Source: Candidatus Krumholzibacteriia bacterium
GTDB lineage: Bacteria; Krumholzibacteriota; Krumholzibacteriia; G020349025
NCBI GenBank assembly: GCA_035649435.1
Contig: DASRJO010000105.1
Coordinates: forward strand, 3,301-67,300
Direction: 5' to 3'
DNA: 64,000 nucleotides
The position numbers and the translations under genes were made by a program. Of this stretch, positions 62,629 through 64,000 are shown piece by piece (within the stretch, counting starts at the first letter, position 1; each line of letters starts with the position of its first letter). The notes beneath the pieces are model-generated. The model did no database searches, was not told where the DNA came from, and was given only the letters and a program-made list of their open reading frames with translations.

Positions 62629-63801
62629 GTGCGTAAAGTTATTGTTGTCAACAGCTTGAACATTTCTGCCGCTCTCCTGGCGGGCGTGCTGTGGCTTTCC
62701 GGCCCGGCCCCGAGTGCCGCGGCGGCCCTGGAACGCGAGTGGAGCTTCACCGCCGACCAGCTGCGACTGGCCAACCTGATCGGGATGGTGCGAATCGAGA
62801 AGCACACCGGCTCCGACATCCGCGTCCGCGTCACCGTGGATGGCAGGGATGCCACACCGGAACAGTTGCGATTCGAAGAGCACAAGGGATCGCGAGCCGA
62901 GCTCGTGATTCAGTTCCCAGTGGACGAACACAAGCGGTTCGTTTATCCGCCGCTTGGTGGCAACAGCCGCACCCGATTCCGGACCCGGGACGACGACGGC
63001 AGCTGGCTGAGTGAAATGCTGCAAGGTCGAGAGATCGAAGTGCGCGGTGAACCGTTTCGCGACGCCATCGAGGTGTGGGCCGATGTGGTCGTCTCTCTTC
63101 CCGCCGGGAAGGATCTCGCGGTGCTCCTCGGCGTGGGCGCGATCGAAGCGAGCGCGATCCACGGTGGGTTGGATCTCGACACCCAGAGCGGCACGATCGT
63201 CGTCACCGGGCTCGATGGCCACCTGCGCGCCGATACAGGCAGCGGCGCCGTGCAAGTGGAGGATGTGAAGGGGGACGTGGACGTCGATTCCGGCAGCGGC
63301 AGCGTCGACGTCACCAACGTGGAGGGAGCGCGACGGGTAACGATCGATACCGGCAGCGGTGGTGTGACGGCGCACGGGATCGAAGCGCGCGAGCTGCTGA
63401 TCGATACCGGCAGTGGCGGCGTCGAGGTCGAGGACGCGCGCACCGAGGAGCTGAGTGTGGATACAGGCAGCGGTGGTGTGCGCGCGCGCGCGATCGAGGC
63501 CGATGGCGTGCTCATCGACACCGGCAGCGGCAGCGTCGGGCTCGAGCTCGTGCGCATGGGCTCGGGGCGCTTCGAGGTCAGCACCGGGAGCGGCGGCATT
63601 CGCTTGCATTTGCCGCGAGAGGTGTCGGCGGTTTTCGACGTCGACACCGGCAGCGGCAGCATCGACGTGGACGTGGAAGGGGTCGACCTGGGACGCAAGC
63701 CGCGGCACGAAGCGCGTTTCACCGTCGGCTCGGGGACCTCGCGCGTCGAGCTCTCGACGGGCAGCGGATCGGTGCGCATCGTCCAAGGCCGGGCTGGCTG
63801 A
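62629..63801 (+). CDS. DUF4097-family beta-helical repeat protein (putative adhesin)
   Basis: GTG 62629 is followed by a signal-like NISAALLAGVLWLSGPAPSAAAA. The C-terminal half has at least 9 repeats of D(T/S)GSG(S/G)(V/I) spaced about 20 aa apart. Confidence 0.8.
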   Translation: MRKVIVVNSLNISAALLAGVLWLSGPAPSAAAALEREWSFTADQLRLANLIGMVRIEKHTGSDIRVRVTVDGRDATPEQLRFEEHKGSRAELVIQFPVDEHKRFVYPPLGGNSRTRFRTRDDDGSWLSEMLQGREIEVRGEPFRDAIEVWADVVVSLPAGKDLAVLLGVGAIEASAIHGGLDLDTQSGTIVVTGLDGHLRADTGSGAVQVEDVKGDVDVDSGSGSVDVTNVEGARRVTIDTGSGGVTAHGIEARELLIDTGSGGVEVEDARTEELSVDTGSGGVRARAIEADGVLIDTGSGSVGLELVRMGSGRFEVSTGSGGIRLHLPREVSAVFDVDTGSGSIDVDVEGVDLGRKPRHEARFTVGSGTSRVELSTGSGSVRIVQGRAG

Positions 63802-63871
63802 AGCCGGGTCGCCCGCTGCGTGGGTACAGGGAGGGAAGGCCGGTTGCGGCCTTCCCAAAATCCGCCGGCCT

Positions 63872-64000
63872 TTACTTCGCCGCACCCGTGAGCGGGTTCG
63901 GGTGCGAGACCAACGCCCACTGCTTCTTGAAGTCGAAACCGACGAATGACGGGCTCTCCGCGTTGTGACACACCGTGCAAGTCTTCTCGTCGGGAATGAC
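63872..64000 (-). CDS. C-terminal fragment of a c-type cytochrome (gene continues beyond window)
   Basis: The reverse translation is VIPDEKTCTVCHNAESPSFVGFDFKKQWALVSHPNPLTGAAK-stop (TAA at 63872-63874). It contains CTVCH in a context typical of multiheme c554-type proteins. It is too short to appear in the ORF track. Confidence 0.6.
   Translation of the reverse strand, partial: VIPDEKTCTVCHNAESPSFVGFDFKKQWALVSHPNPLTGAAK

Noticed and set aside
63833-63856. 9-bp GC hairpin GGGAAGGCC-ggttgc-GGCCTTCCC as a terminator between DUF4097 and the edge cytochrome gene
   Set aside because: There is no U-tract following the hairpin on either strand (plus: AAAAT; minus: TCCCTG). It is left as an unexplained stem-loop.
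62236-63980. 549-aa and 345-aa minus-strand ORFs
   Set aside because: They are antisense to the DUF4097 gene, whose DTGSG(S/G)V periodic repeats identify the true frame.
1-64000. Mobile elements, prophage, toxin-antitoxin or known defence systems
   Set aside because: I saw no integrase, transposase, recombinase, nuclease-helicase, restriction-modification, Cas or abortive-infection-like products in any of the supplied translations. Apart from short promoter-like AT patches there is no compositional island.

Overview
Dense, visibly GC-rich bacterial chromosomal window (GC not computed) with about 55 protein-coding genes. I found no rRNA, tRNA, CRISPR array, transposase, integrase or recognisable phage or defence genes. 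All family calls come from motifs read by eye in the supplied translations. No BLAST or HMM search was possible, and start codons are chosen from SD-like purine tracts and start/stop overlaps. Many long ORFs in the track are GC-driven shadow frames and are rejected. Two huge secreted proteins carry T9SS/FlgD-Ig-type C-terminal sorting domains. Together with DUF4252 genes behind an ECF sigma and a bacilliredoxin, they suggest an FCB-group-like high-GC lineage such as Eisenbacteria or Gemmatimonadota (low-confidence inference). The most interesting content is a redox block at about 44.4-58.2 kb. (1) An Rrf2/alternative-sigma bicistron sits divergent from a hemerythrin gene, with a perfect 12-bp palindrome between them. 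(2) A sigma-54 enhancer-binding protein has a non-receiver sensor domain. (3) A pseudo-receiver is followed by four translationally coupled genes: a 9-heme lipoprotein, a predicted outer-membrane beta-barrel, a 12-heme periplasmic cytochrome and a 6-heme lipoprotein (27 CxxCH in total). This looks like an Ext/Pcc-type porin-cytochrome conduit for extracellular electron transfer. (4) A near-consensus sigma-54 promoter precedes a module of a GcvH-like membrane protein, a four-cluster FeS protein and an NrfD-type subunit, none with an export signal. Other notable items are a 2876-aa metallophosphoesterase/tandem-95-repeat surface protein and a 1066-aa sorting-domain protein of unknown function. 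There are also three ECF sigma/anti-sigma modules, one with a plausible autoregulatory promoter and a triple-repeat secreted protein of unknown function. Smaller items include an M16 peptidase pair with an extra C-terminal domain, a cyclophilin-FKBP fusion, a probable pseudo-amidohydrolase and a truncated DUF2461 remnant.
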